This document shows, piece after piece, positions 11,564-22,885 of a stretch of 39,046 bases of DNA. Numbering within the stretch: the stretch's first letter is position 1; every line of letters begins with the position of its first letter. This DNA is from Dimargaris cristalligena (Eukaryota), in assembly GCA_003614675.1 (NCBI GenBank), contig ML002356.1, forward strand, positions 1 through 39,046. The letters run 5' to 3'. Below the pieces are notes generated by a model that saw only the letters and a program-made list of their open reading frames with translations, was not told where the DNA came from and ran no database searches. The position numbers and the translations under genes were made by a program.

Positions 11564-11938
11564 ATGAAGTTATTCGCTGCCCTCGCTCTCTTCGCTGCCG
11601 TCGCCGTCTCGGCCCAGTCTGAATCCGTGTCCGAATCGGAAACCACTTCCGCCGTTTCGTCCGCTGCCACCTCTGCTGACGTGACTGAGTCCGTTTCCTC
11701 GGCCCTGTCCAGCGCCATCTCCAGCGCTCTTTCGTCCGCCGCCGAATCCGCCACCGCTTCAGCCAAGTCCTCCGGTGCTTCGTCCGCCAAGGCCACCGCC
11801 TCCAAGACCGGTTCCGCTGCTGGTTCCACCAACACCGACGATTCCGATGCCGATCTTGACAACGGTGCCGCCAACGTCTTCAGCTCCGTCTTCGTCGTCA
11901 GCGCCCTCGCTGCCGTCGCCGCCTACGCCGAACTTTAA
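11564..11938 (+). CDS. Small Ser/Ala/Thr-rich secreted protein, probably GPI-anchored cell-surface protein (124 aa)
   Basis: Signal peptide MKLFAALALFAAVAVSA-Q, S/A/T-rich body, acidic spacer, then NGA (omega-like site) and a hydrophobic tail. Strong C-ending codon bias; CATC-ATG start context. Confidence 0.88.
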   Translation: MKLFAALALFAAVAVSAQSESVSESETTSAVSSAATSADVTESVSSALSSAISSALSSAAESATASAKSSGASSAKATASKTGSAAGSTNTDDSDADLDNGAANVFSSVFVVSALAAVAAYAEL

Positions 11939-14556
11939 AATGCGTGTTTGTGTTTTCTCCTTCTCTGTACTCACCTAATATTAGTCCACTGCCGATTTCA
12001 CGGTAGGGGAATACTATGGCCCCTTTGTCGAAGTAAGCAGTCTGGTAATAAAAATTAGATCTCGATCTAACCCCCTAATCTGACAATAAGCTATTAATAG
12101 CTAAAGAGTTTAATGTAAGGTAAGGTGGTACGATGGCAGTAAGAATGTGGTTTTTTGAGTTGGGCGGTTGCTGTAATGAATTATAGCCGCGGTTTGACTT
12201 GGCGGATATATCTGAGATGTTATTGAAATGGCAAGGATTAAGTTATGGATAATGTCGCTCATTGTTAAAGCCAGCCCAGTCATAATATCACTTGCCCAAT
12301 TGTGGGCTAACGGCCAAGGCAGACTTCCCCATGTATGAATAAATAGAGTGGCGACCTCCAACATCTGACTGTGCCTCATCAGTATACTTTTTCCGTGTGT
12401 GTGCGTATCTGAGGGGGAGGAGGTCCATGAAAGATGTCCGCTGCCCTATTTTGCATCCCCTCTCCCTACCCATCAGTTGACCATTTTGGGCAGAGACTCG
12501 GTATATTATGTATGCACCGCCGAACTCGAATCATTGGGTTTCGGGAACAATGGGGCGGGACTAGCCCTGTGCTTATGCAGGTGTTCTCCATTGTCTTCTT
12601 AACTATAAAATAGAACCCCTTGCTTTATACCCACCGGCATTCTATTTCAGCCTTCTATTTACGTTGTAGGTGGTCGGGGGGCTGTTCTTGGCAGTAGCTC
12701 AATAGAATTCTTATAATCCATTCCAACTACGTCAAACTTTCGTAAACTGCCGCTGGTGGTATTAATAGTATTGGCGGTGTCCATTAGTCATCATTAGTCT
12801 GACATATCAGATAAACCCTACAATTAGACCTCGACCTAGAAATAGATACCGGCCCACTCCACGCGAACCTGCCCAGATCCATTAATCGCCATCATGCCGA
12901 CGCGTACGCGGGTGCACTCCGCTGCAGGGCGACTACACCACCTCTTTTTCCCCTTATGCCATGTTTTTATTTTCATGATGCATTTTGATTCTATTTTGCT
13001 ACGGGCTACTACGGCCAGCGGGCGATGATCGTCCTCAGCGGCCGGTTCCAACTGGCGAGCATCCCTCCTCCTTTGATAGAGAGTGGGCACTGTTTCACTT
13101 GGCCATTGATGTGTAGCTTCGCATTCATCCTGCTAATTCACATTCCGGATAATCCCATCGCTTAAGGAATTAACACACATTGGTTAACTTGATATAATCA
13201 TGAAATACCCCCCCCCCTACTCCTTAAGCTCGCCGGGATTAGCGAGAGAGTGGCCGTCCTTCGAGACCACTATTATTATTATTATTGAGATGCTGTTCGT
13301 GAGGAGAGCCCTGCTGTTCACTGGGATGGCCAAGTGGAATTAAAACAGCAACATTGGGGGTTAGATGAGCGGGAAGGATTAGCACATAGTCTAGAGAACC
13401 ACTGACAACCGACCTGTTTATCCGGGGGCGATGGGTTCAGTGGGAGCACACACTAAAGCGGTGCGCCGCATACAGCCCATTTGCATTAGCGACGAAAGGA
13501 TTGTCCATTACAGCCGGCCAATCATGACACACTCCACCACTGACCTAATGGTCCTCGGCATTGGCATTACAGATTGATGGTCGCTGGGGCTAACACAGTA
13601 GTTGCTGCACTGCCGAGTCATGGTCAATGAAAAGGGGAGGGGGGGTGGGATAGAGAGGGTGGGGGAAAGGGGAGTCCGAAGGGGGGGGGCGCTGGATACA
13701 ACAACTATTCTAGAGGAGGAGGAGGTGGTGGTATGGTAGGGCAGCGACTCGCTTGTGTCGGGGGCGGGGGCCCCGGTTAGGATGGGGGGGGTCATCATCC
13801 AGCCTTGTATTTTCTATAGGGGTGGGTAGAGGCGGCCGATGAATCAATCAGAAGCAGCAATTAGTCCGCCCGGGACTCGACGAAGCTCGTGCCTTCGGAC
13901 AGCAATGGGGAGAATAGCAGGGGCGAGTCACCATCTTTTGAATACGACAATAATATTATTATATATATAGATATCTATGGGCTGCAAATGAACATAAATG
14001 CGAAGCACGGCCATGGGGTTTCTAACAATAGAGGTGCGTGTGTGGTCGGTTTCCTGCCGAGTGAGAGGCAGCCGAAGAATAAAAATAGTACAATAGCCCC
14101 ATATGTACCCTACTTGGCTAAGGAGGAGGAGTGCTTACAATATCCATACTCTATTCTGGTGGTAATGATTAGATGTATTTATCTCAAGTAAATGGGACTC
14201 TTCGACTAGCCAGCCTCGCTGAATAAAGAGAGAGAAGAGAGGAGGCGAGGAAAAGGGGGGGGGCAGTAAGGAGAAGAAAAGGAGGCAAGAGAGAGTATAG
14301 TATAGAAGAGTCTTAGAGCAACGGCCAATCATCGGGAACCGGACTAGGGCAGGTGCATTGGGACCTCTTTCCCGCTGATTCCGAACTATTATATCCTGTT
14401 TAATCGTCATTGCCTCCCTCAACGCGCATATACTCTCCTCTGCCATTCTCGTTTGGCTGGCGCATATACCGACCAGTGTTCATCCCTGTACAGAATATGT
14501 GTTCTCCCCCCCCTTATAGCTGCTTCTGATAATCCCTAGCCCTTTTGCCCCTCGGA

Positions 14557-14564
14557 TATAAATA
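14557..14564 (+). promoter_or_regulatory. TATA box of second GPI-type gene
   Basis: TATAAATA about 170 nt upstream of ATG 14730. Confidence 0.55.
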
Positions 14565-14729
14565 CCCTACCGCCTGCCCGCCCTATTGATAACTCCATCC
14601 CTTCTCACCATTCCGTTCTTACCAGTTACCCTTTCGCCTTTCCAACCCTAACGACTTCCCCGCATCTTCCATCTGCTTTGCAGTGACTTTCGCTTTTCCT
14701 TCCTCTCACATCCCCCCTATCTAACCATC

Positions 14730-15137
14730 ATGCAGTACTCTATTGTCCTCGCCGCCCTGGTCGCTGTCGCCGCCGCCCAGTCCCCCAGCGCCATTCCTTC
14801 CGTTGATTTCAACGCCAACCAGGCCGCTGCCGAGGCTGCCCTCTCCTCCGCCAATGCCGTCAACATCGCCGCTGCCTCTTCCGCTGCCGCTGCTAACATG
14901 TCCGCCTTCCCCTCTGCCCCCGCCGCTGTGACCAGTACCGAGACCCACGCCGCCGCCACCTCTGCTGCCACTGGTTCCGTAGCCGCCTCCACCGCCCGCG
15001 CTACCGGTACCGGCAGCAACTCTGCCAAGTCCACTGGTACTACTGATGAGGAAGATACCACTGGTGCTGCCTCCACCCTCCAGTCGTCCGCTGCCCTCGG
15101 TGCCCTGGCTGCCGTCGCCGCTTATGCTCTGTACTAA
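14730..15137 (+). CDS. Small Ala/Ser/Thr-rich secreted protein, probably GPI-anchored (135 aa), paralogue of 11564-11938
   Basis: Signal peptide MQYSIVLAALVAVAAA-Q, acidic DEED then TGA, hydrophobic tail ALAAVAAYA identical to the first gene; biased codons. Confidence 0.88.
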   Translation: MQYSIVLAALVAVAAAQSPSAIPSVDFNANQAAAEAALSSANAVNIAAASSAAAANMSAFPSAPAAVTSTETHAAATSAATGSVAASTARATGTGSNSAKSTGTTDEEDTTGAASTLQSSAALGALAAVAAYALY

Positions 15138-16174
15138 GTCCCCCTCTCATCTGTTCGAATATTTGTGTCTACTTATCAATACAACTGGTCGTGCTGACCG
15201 GCTTCATACCCTACTCCCGACTTTTATTACATACTCTACCTAATCCCGTTTGTTCGTCTAGGCATTTCATTAGCAAGCCCAGATAATAAATATCTATTTG
15301 CTTCATGTCACTTCGTTTGGCTGTTCATGGCTGGTTGTGAGAAGGAGAGCGAGAGCAGTTTGAGTGAGCTCCGGCTGAAAGGGGGAAGGTCCAAATATAC
15401 TACCCTCCGCAAGGGTGAAAAATACTACGCCACTGATTGGGGATTGTGGATTTGGGCGCTGAGAGAAGCAACGAGACCGCAATTATTCACCCACCTCTGA
15501 CCAACCGGGAGGCGCCCGCTCCAATCGGCTAATTTAACAATCCAGTTGATTTGATGGGCCGCGTGGGAGAGGAGCTCTTTCAGAGACTTTTCCGTCTTCC
15601 TAGTTGTGTGATCATCCCCCGGGGACTACTTCGGTCTGGCGGAGGGGAAGTCTTCGCTACCTTTTCGCTTTGGCAATCAAAACCGGCACAGTCTGATTTT
15701 TAATACTGATGGAGAGAGTTCTCATTATTATTTTGGGCTGTGTGGATATAGAGCAAGGGGGGAGAGATCTGCCGAGCGCATTTCCCAGCGTCTACTTATT
15801 TACACACTTGCTTTCCCAGGTGGTTTATTTGGAACAGTGAGACGGGTGGGGTGTGTGTCTATTAAGGAGGAGAAGTGGTGTCACCACCACTACCTCCCTC
15901 TAGCCTTGTGTTATATACCGCCTATTCCGACAGTTGGGGGCTGCGAGAGCGTGCTGGTGGTTGCTGGCGAAGTAGAGGAAGAATTAAAGATGTAGTATAT
16001 AAAAAGGAGAAGGTGCTCTATTTTAGGAGAGAGGGAGGGGGAAATAAAAGAAGCTCCCCTTTTGCCAATGAGGGGGTATCACCGACCTGATTGGCGGGGC
16101 AAATCAGCGATGTGTGCCTTGTCCTCTTCCTCGTTATACGGAGGACTCTAATAATAGGAGAGGATCCATTCACC

Positions 16175-16198
16175 TATTATTATTATTATTATTATTAT
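16175..16198. repeat. (TAT)n microsatellite
   Basis: About 8 TAT units read directly. Confidence 0.8.
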
Positions 16199-16614
16199 AT
16201 AGCGCCCACTAGGAAGGTGGTTCGTCGTTACTCGACACAGCCATTCTTGGCCCTAAATCAAGAGCGAGTCAGCGTGCGCGCGACTTCACCCGGCCGGATG
16301 GGGTTTCCCTAACAGGAGAGGCTGGCCCCAAATATCCAACTAAAAATAAACCACTTTGTTTCTGGTGAGAAAAGAAAGGTCTATTGTTCACTTACTATCA
16401 TCCCTTCGTTTCCTTCTTCGTCGCTTTTCTTACCTACCTCGCCCGCTACTACCTATGGAACCCCGTTTCCTTGAAGTTCCTTCCCAAGCCAAAGATATAT
16501 ACTCTCCTTGTAGTTCCCACCACCTCCCAGTCGTTTCGCTGTATTTGCCCCAACCCTCGGTTTTCTGACTCGAGCTCTCGCATCCCTCTTCCTCACGAAC
16601 CATTCCGCATTACC

Positions 16615-17274
16615 ATGCAACTCACCCACTTGAAGTCTCTCGCATTGGTCGCTGTGGCCTGTGCCGCTTTGTTAGCGACCGCCGAGGCCCAGAGCTCGGC
16701 CAGTTCCGGCGCTGGGTCGAACCCTGCTAGCGTGGCCCCGCAGTCTTCACCCGCCTCTTCCCCTACCTCCACCCAGCCAACCTTAACCACCGTCCCCTCC
16801 TCGTCAACGACGGACGACGATAACAACAACGACGAAGACAACGGCAGCAGCTCGGAGTCGAGTAGTAGCACTAATGGTAAGTTTACAGGATTACTTTAAC
16901 CGGTAAACTTTTTGCCCCACTTGATCTAATTTCCATGAATGAATCTATCCGTTCTCCCTTGCGCCCCCTGTTTCTTGGCCCCTCTGTACTAACAATCCGA
17001 CTGATATATCCCATACCATACCATTACATTCTATCCAGCCGACTCCACTGAGGCGTCATCGTCGGCCACGCCCTCCACCAGTACCTCTACCACCACGGAG
17101 CCCACTACCACCAACCCCCCCGAGCCCGGCACGGCCACCAACCCCACCTTAGTCCAGACTGTCTACCCCCCTTATACTGCCGACAGCGGTGCCGGTGTAC
17201 TCATGGACCAGTTTTCCGCCCGCCTGATGGCCGCTTTGGTCCTCGTCTCCGTCCCCGTGGCCATTCTATTTTAG
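16615..17274 (+). CDS. Ser/Thr/Pro-rich secreted protein, probably GPI-anchored, 2 exons, 165 aa
   Basis: Exons 16615-16876 and 17039-17274 (G|GTAAGT donor, TACTAAC branch motif, CCAG acceptor). Signal peptide ending AEA-Q; C-terminus ADSGAGVLMDQFSARLMAALVLVSVPVAILF. Confidence 0.85.
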
Positions 17275-17804
17275 ATTCTCATTTCGGGGTATGTGCGTGG
17301 CTATTATCCCCCCCTTGACCCTGCCGTATAACCTTATCTAACCCCAACTAATACCTTTGTCTAATATAGTCCGTTCCGTTATCGTGTTTTTCCCCCAAGG
17401 ATTGCCCCATTCTTGGCCGTGTTTTCCACCTTTTTACCGTTTTTTATTATTAAATTCTGGGTATGGGAGACGGTGCCTGATTAGCAAATCATCCTACCGC
17501 CGGTATCCTCCCAACATAGTATACTGGCCCGCAATCACCGGTACAAAATTGTGCTACTCACTGAATCTGCCCCATTTTGGCCTGTTATTGATATCATCAT
17601 GCCGGGCCGTGGATAAATGTTAATTTGCTGGCCTTTTATGGTTATTTTAAGATGTCTAATGCCCATCTGGGAGATATGTATATATAATTTTACATGCGTG
17701 CGAGTGATAGAGTGTGAAATGCAATTATGAGAGGTAGTGTGGTATACAATGTGCAAGCTATAGAAAAAATAATTAAAATAATAAAAGCCCCTGGTGCGAC
17801 TTGG

Positions 17805-18401
17805 CTAAGTGAATAAACCAAATGTATTGCGCCGGAGCTCGGCCATTTCAAATGTATCGGCCCTTGGTGACCCTAAGTGGTCCGAAAATCCCATGGGGGT
17901 ACTATCCGTGTGAGGCTGGGGGGTGGGGGATAGAAGGGGGGTGAGACCACCACTACCTGTAGCAGTAATAGTAGGAGGGCCCCACATGAAAGGGGACAGT
18001 GGGGGGCATGTGGTGAAACTGGCTTCGGATGCCACCGACTGCAAGGGCAGTATCAGCGATGTACCGTAACGGGCGTATCTCCGGGAGGAGGGGTGGCCTT
18101 CCGCCGCGGTAGGCCGCGGCCAAGGCTTCTTCTCGGGTGCCGTGAGTTCCGCCAGTAAGTATTTTTCGGGCTGTCGAAGGGTGGGGGGTTGCAGCTGGCC
18201 CAGGGATCGGCTTATACTCGCCCAACCGTCCACGTCGTCACTGCTGTCGCTGGTGGTATCATCCTGGTCGGACGCGAGGCGGTCCCGGCGATAGCGAAGG
18301 TGGTCGGGTCGTCGGATAGCCGGCTTTCGGTTGATACGCGGGTAGGACGACGCCATTGTCGGCATCGAATGGGTCAGGGACGACGCACTGCAGTCGTACA
18401 T
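17805..18401 (-). CDS. Hypothetical Pro/Ser/Arg-rich, probably disordered protein (198 aa)
   Basis: 597-nt ATG-started ORF, GC-rich between AT-rich flanks; no recognised domain. Confidence 0.45.
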   Translation of the reverse strand: MYDCSASSLTHSMPTMASSYPRINRKPAIRRPDHLRYRRDRLASDQDDTTSDSSDDVDGWASISRSLGQLQPPTLRQPEKYLLAELTAPEKKPWPRPTAAEGHPSSRRYARYGTSLILPLQSVASEASFTTCPPLSPFMWGPPTITATGSGGLTPLLSPTPQPHTDSTPMGFSDHLGSPRADTFEMAELRRNTFGLFT

Positions 18402-18441
18402 CTTCGATAAAACAGGGTAATATGGGCTACGTAGCCACTAT

Positions 18442-18461
18442 TATATATATATATATATATA
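18442..18461. repeat. (TA)10 microsatellite
   Basis: Read directly; about 40-60 nt upstream of the 18401 ATG. Confidence 0.85.
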
Positions 18462-20350
18462 GTGCTCCGAATAGAGGTGGTGTACGGAATGGATAACTGC
18501 TGGTTAGGGCTGTTCCTACAAGGCACGGCCCAGGTATAAAAAAAATAACGAGTATGTAATGGAAACGAAGTGAGATGACGGGCCGGTGGATGCGACTTAA
18601 AAATACACGTCCCTTCAATTTCCATGCAGGAGGTCAAGCGAAGGACTCGAGGTAGTAATGGTTTATTCGAACAACGGTAAAGGCGGCTTCATTGGGGCAG
18701 CAGAAGGGGAGGAGGGGGCCTGGCGTGTTTTATAAGTGACCCAAGCCGGGGTCACAGAGTCTTTGCACCACGAGAGCTCGCTGGCGATCGACGCCTGTAT
18801 TGTTTAGCAACGGGCATTGGATCTTAGCTTACGATTCAAAGATTCCGATAATGAGGCGCTAGCCCTGACCCTTCCCCCCCTCTCTCTCATTCTCTCCGTC
18901 CCTCGCCCTCGTTACACGGAGCCCTATTTTGGCTCTGCCCCCTCTTCGTCCAGTCCCTTACGTTTGTGAGGGTGTAGTATGTCGTACGGGAGCAACCTTG
19001 TCCTACCCCTAAGCGCAGCGTCGCCTAAATAGGGACAGGTAAGGTCATCTTAAGTTACACCGGGCCAAGTGAGAGTCAAGTCGGGGTGTTACAAGTACTA
19101 CCTAAAGGATTACGGGACGACGCTACTAAAATGGTCGCTCCCGCATGTAAACGTTTTGCTTGGGCTTATTATGTAAAAAAAACGCGCTGGAGGGGGATAC
19201 GATAGGTGGAGGACATACGATGACTGAGATTGCCTACAGGCGGCTCATTGGAGGCCGAATCTCTGGCTTCGAAAGCCGCGCCCAACCTTGCACCAACGAT
19301 ACCTCGTCCGTGCATTGTCCCACCCCACTTAATCGAAGGATGCCTCTCGCTCTGGGTCTTGTTAATGGTATGGTTATTTTAGCGGACAACGGATGAAGAA
19401 CACTATCGTAGAGGGTCGCTAGAGGAATCGGGGGGGGGTAGAAAAGTAAGCCGCTAATGTGTCACACCGAGGGCACGCTAAAGCGAGTCTTGCGGAAGAT
19501 TCGATTGACTAAAGTATTAATGCGACAGCTGCTGATGGGCGATCCGTTAAATTGGCAGATGGCTCTGCGGTAGATGATCAATTGTTATAAATAGATGCCT
19601 TTGTTACTGGAATGATTGAACTGTTCCATCGGCTTTTCGTGCCGCTCATCAATTTTAAATCGAAATTGGTATTTTGCCAACCGATGGGGGGGGGGCTGAG
19701 CTGTTCCCGTGTCCCCGCAAATCAATCCATACCACACTCATAGGCTGCCAAGGAGTGGCCATCCACCGCTATTAAATTGAACCACGGATGATTCATTCAG
19801 AGGGGAGGGGTTTCTATAGCGGCCCCACCACATAAACCGCCGCCCTTTTCTCTTGATACCAAGGACAGAGTCAATATACTGATCTACTCCAAATGGACGT
19901 GGGGAACATCGACTAAACATATCGACGGAATGGTCCTATAGTGCAATAGACTGGTCGAGGATTTTGCCTGGTACGAATAGCTTCCGGGATAAAACAGGTG
20001 CACCAAACCCAATTTTTATATTGGTCGGTTATCAGCGGCTCGTCCCTCGGTTAGTGGGGAGAGGGGATTTATGAATGTAACAATTTGGCATTTATTACTA
20101 TGATGAAATATAAATTAGCTGCGTGGTTAATAAATAATGCGGTTGATGTCCACGGGTGAAGCGGGGAGGGGGGGGAGGGGGGAGGGGGGGGGAATATCCC
20201 CACGGCTTTTCCCACATTTACTTATTATACAACGCAAAGATGTAATCATTAGGTAGTCGCGTTTCGGGGCCATACTGTGTACCAAATTGACTATCAGATA
20301 TTGGGAGCCGGTTGATCAGAGTGTCCTTTTTTCTATACTTCCCTCCATAT

Positions 20351-20486
20351 GGGTAAAATTCAAACCAGCTGTATAAGGTTTTACATAATACGTGTATGGG
20401 CGAATATATGTGAGAATAGCTTTTAACCAGTAATCTTGGCCTCATCCAATGGATTTTTTATTATACAGCCTGAATGAACTTCTCCC
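20351..20486. mobile_element. 136-bp MITE-like element, copy 2
   Basis: GGGTAAAATTCAAACCAGCTGTATAA...TTATACAGCCTGAATGAACTTCTCCC, with ATAT at 20347-20350 and 20487-20490; same length as copy 1. Confidence 0.78.
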
Positions 20487-21673
20487 ATATGTTACGGCAG
20501 AGCTTATATACAGTCCGCCTGGCCTCTGTTCGTTGCCTTGGAGGGGGGGACGGTCAATTGTGCCACTCACCGCTCATCGGCGACCTACGACCAATCAAGA
20601 CATCTATACAACTGCCCTTCATTCCGGTTACCAGATCGCCGGGGTTATTTTTAGATATTGGTTGAGTTACATTAAGTCGAAGGCACCTCGGGCTGTAATT
20701 CCCCAGTGCTGGGCAACGTGGCGTGTCCATCCGCCTGACCAATTATCATAATTGACGCTGGGCTAATCCAGAGCCTTCTCTAGGTCTTTTTCTCTCGCCT
20801 GCTCCTTGCGTCTGGTTGGACCCACATGCCGTGCCATCGGATCGAGCCTTGGTGCATTTTCTTCGATACCAGGGACTGCCGATCCTGGATGAACCAGCGG
20901 GTCTCCCCCGCAAACGCAAACGATTGCTAGGGTCGTGCATGCGGTAAGCAGGGTAAGAAAGTCCGGCTCGATCGGCAACCGTGGGGGGTCCGGCGGCTTT
21001 CGGGACATGTAAACGCGCGGTGGGTGAGTACAGTCAGGTCTCCGTTTAAGTGAGGGTTGCGGCCCCTTGATGTACCGTCTGCAAGCCTCTTCTCCTACCG
21101 GTCACTGGGGGGACGACTGCCTACCCTTACTGTCCACATATGCAACCTTTGGATTCCCATTGGCCAAGATTTCAAACTGTTCGCATGGTTGGCTTTCCCT
21201 TGCGTAAAGGTAGAGTCTTTTTTCATGGTGGGGTTTCCAATTCCTTCCGCCGAGGAGGTTTTGCATCCAGAGGTATATAGTTGCTGGTGTCCGACCTTGG
21301 TGGTATTGTCTTCGCACTAAGTCTGGTGAATCATTTTCGTCTACATATCCACCGCCCATCTCCGTGACCCTAATCCAGCCCAATTGAAACTCGCCTCCAC
21401 ATCGACCTTCGCTCACTTACAGGTAAAGCCGCTGGGCCTAGGCTGCATACTTTGATACAGTCCCGCAACTTATACTGATGTGAACAATCAGTAAACTGCC
21501 AGAGTGAGCGCCAACCATCCCCCCTATCTTTATAATTCCACCCACTGCGCAGTGGCACTCTCCGTTCCTATCCCGTTCCGTCGGATACACTGCCTGCATT
21601 TTCCATCGGTAGACTATTTCAGTAAAATCCGCGCGGCGCTACTCTACTACCCGAACCATTTCCCTCCGTCCTC

Positions 21674-22645
21674 ATGACCGACCAGTCCCTTCAACAGCGA
21701 ATGGTCCCCAGTGCCAGTAGTAGTGCAGCTCCTGCCCTTAGTACTGCCCGACAGCAGCTTCTAGATGATATCCTGCAACTCTACCAATGCCGGCCCACCC
21801 ACAACCTGTTTCGGCATTATGATAATCAGGCCATGTAAGTAACCCCACCCTTGGAATACAGGGGAAGTCAGCCTTCCGTAGGCTTAGCCGGTACAGCGGA
21901 TTGTGGCCAACATTACCCCGCCCATATTCATACCCGTAGCGAGATATAGGCCATCTGATTTATAAAGGGCAGCCTCCCTTATCCGCCCGTAAATGAGCGG
22001 ACACTTTAAGTGACCTTGGCTAACTTCCGTCTGACTGGGGGTTGCATGCCTCTACCGTATCCCTGGGTAGTTTTGAAGACCCCATCTCCTACCTGCCCGG
22101 TATAGGCTCGATTAAGGCTGCGTTCTACGCCATGCCCAAGTTGTTCCGTTCCTCTACGACTAGGCGCCAGACGGTTATTCACAACGAGCCTACGGAGCTC
22201 CGGGTAAAAATGGTTCAAGACTACACCTTCCGGGGACTAGGGGTGCGCTCAACTATGCCCAGCACTCTGGTGCTGCAGTTTAAAACCACCGAAAACGGAA
22301 CCCCGACTGATAAAGTCATTCTGCACCGCGAGTTATGGTGGGGTACCCCCCTGTCCTATTCAAGCGACGGGGCCTTGGGGAAGGTGGCGGAGGTGGGTAC
22401 TTTTTAATATGAGCTGATGACTGCAAATGTCGGTGGAGCGGCCCTCCTGGATCCTAGATGAATATTGCTTTAACTGATAATGGGTTAGTGAGGGGGGTAA
22501 TTAGCCTGGCCTGTCCTTCGGCGCCTTTTTTGGCCATTGTACTAATTGTTCATACCAAATTTTATTATTAACTATCAATCAATAGGTGTTTCGTTCGCTC
22601 GTCGGCCGCTTGATTACTTCCGTGTTTGGTGTGCCTCCGGAATAG
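21674..22645 (+). CDS. NTF2/SnoaL-like fold protein of unknown function, 3 exons, 180 aa
   Basis: Exons 21674-21834, 22071-22392, 22586-22645 (543 nt). Motifs LLDDILQLYQCRPT...YDNQAIFEDPI...IKAAFYAMPKLF...KVILHRELW are typical of fungal SnoaL-like proteins. Confidence 0.75.
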
Positions 22646-22796
22646 CCATAGTTTTATACTACTATCTTTTGACGGCCGGTTGGGCATGTTTAAATGGGCT
22701 TAATTGGGAGGGGAAGGTGCTATGTAACGGGTATTTAATAAATCTTACCTGATTTTCCGTATGGATAAATTGCTCTAGCAACCCCGATTTTCATAT

Positions 22797-22885
22797 GGGA
22801 GAGGTTCAATTAGGCTGTATAGCGAAAAGCCCGTTGGATGAGGCAAATTCGACTGGTTAAAAATGATACTTTACTCATATTCTAC
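22797..22885. mobile_element. MITE-like element, copy 3 (inverted, partial)
   Basis: ATAT-GGGAGAGGTTCAATTAGGCTGTATAGCGAAAAGCCCGTTGGATGAGGCAAATTCGACTGGTTAAAA aligns to the reverse complement of copy 2; similarity fades after about 22885. Confidence 0.65.

Noticed and set aside
11515..15243. Antisense and alternate-frame ORFs over the GPI genes (e.g. 11515-11874, 14717-15076)
   Set aside because: Shadows of strongly biased GCC/TCC/ACC codon usage.
16384..16614. N-terminal extension of the 171-aa ORF in the track
   Set aside because: Non-ATG start; the signal peptide and ACC-ATG context begin at 16615.
20955..20972. AAGAAAGTCCGGC resembling the RNase P/MRP CR-I motif
   Set aside because: No matching CR-V/P4 partner found at a plausible distance.
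22414..22478. CTGATGA...CTGA in an intron, candidate C/D snoRNA
   Set aside because: Non-canonical box C, no terminal stem, no convincing rRNA guide.
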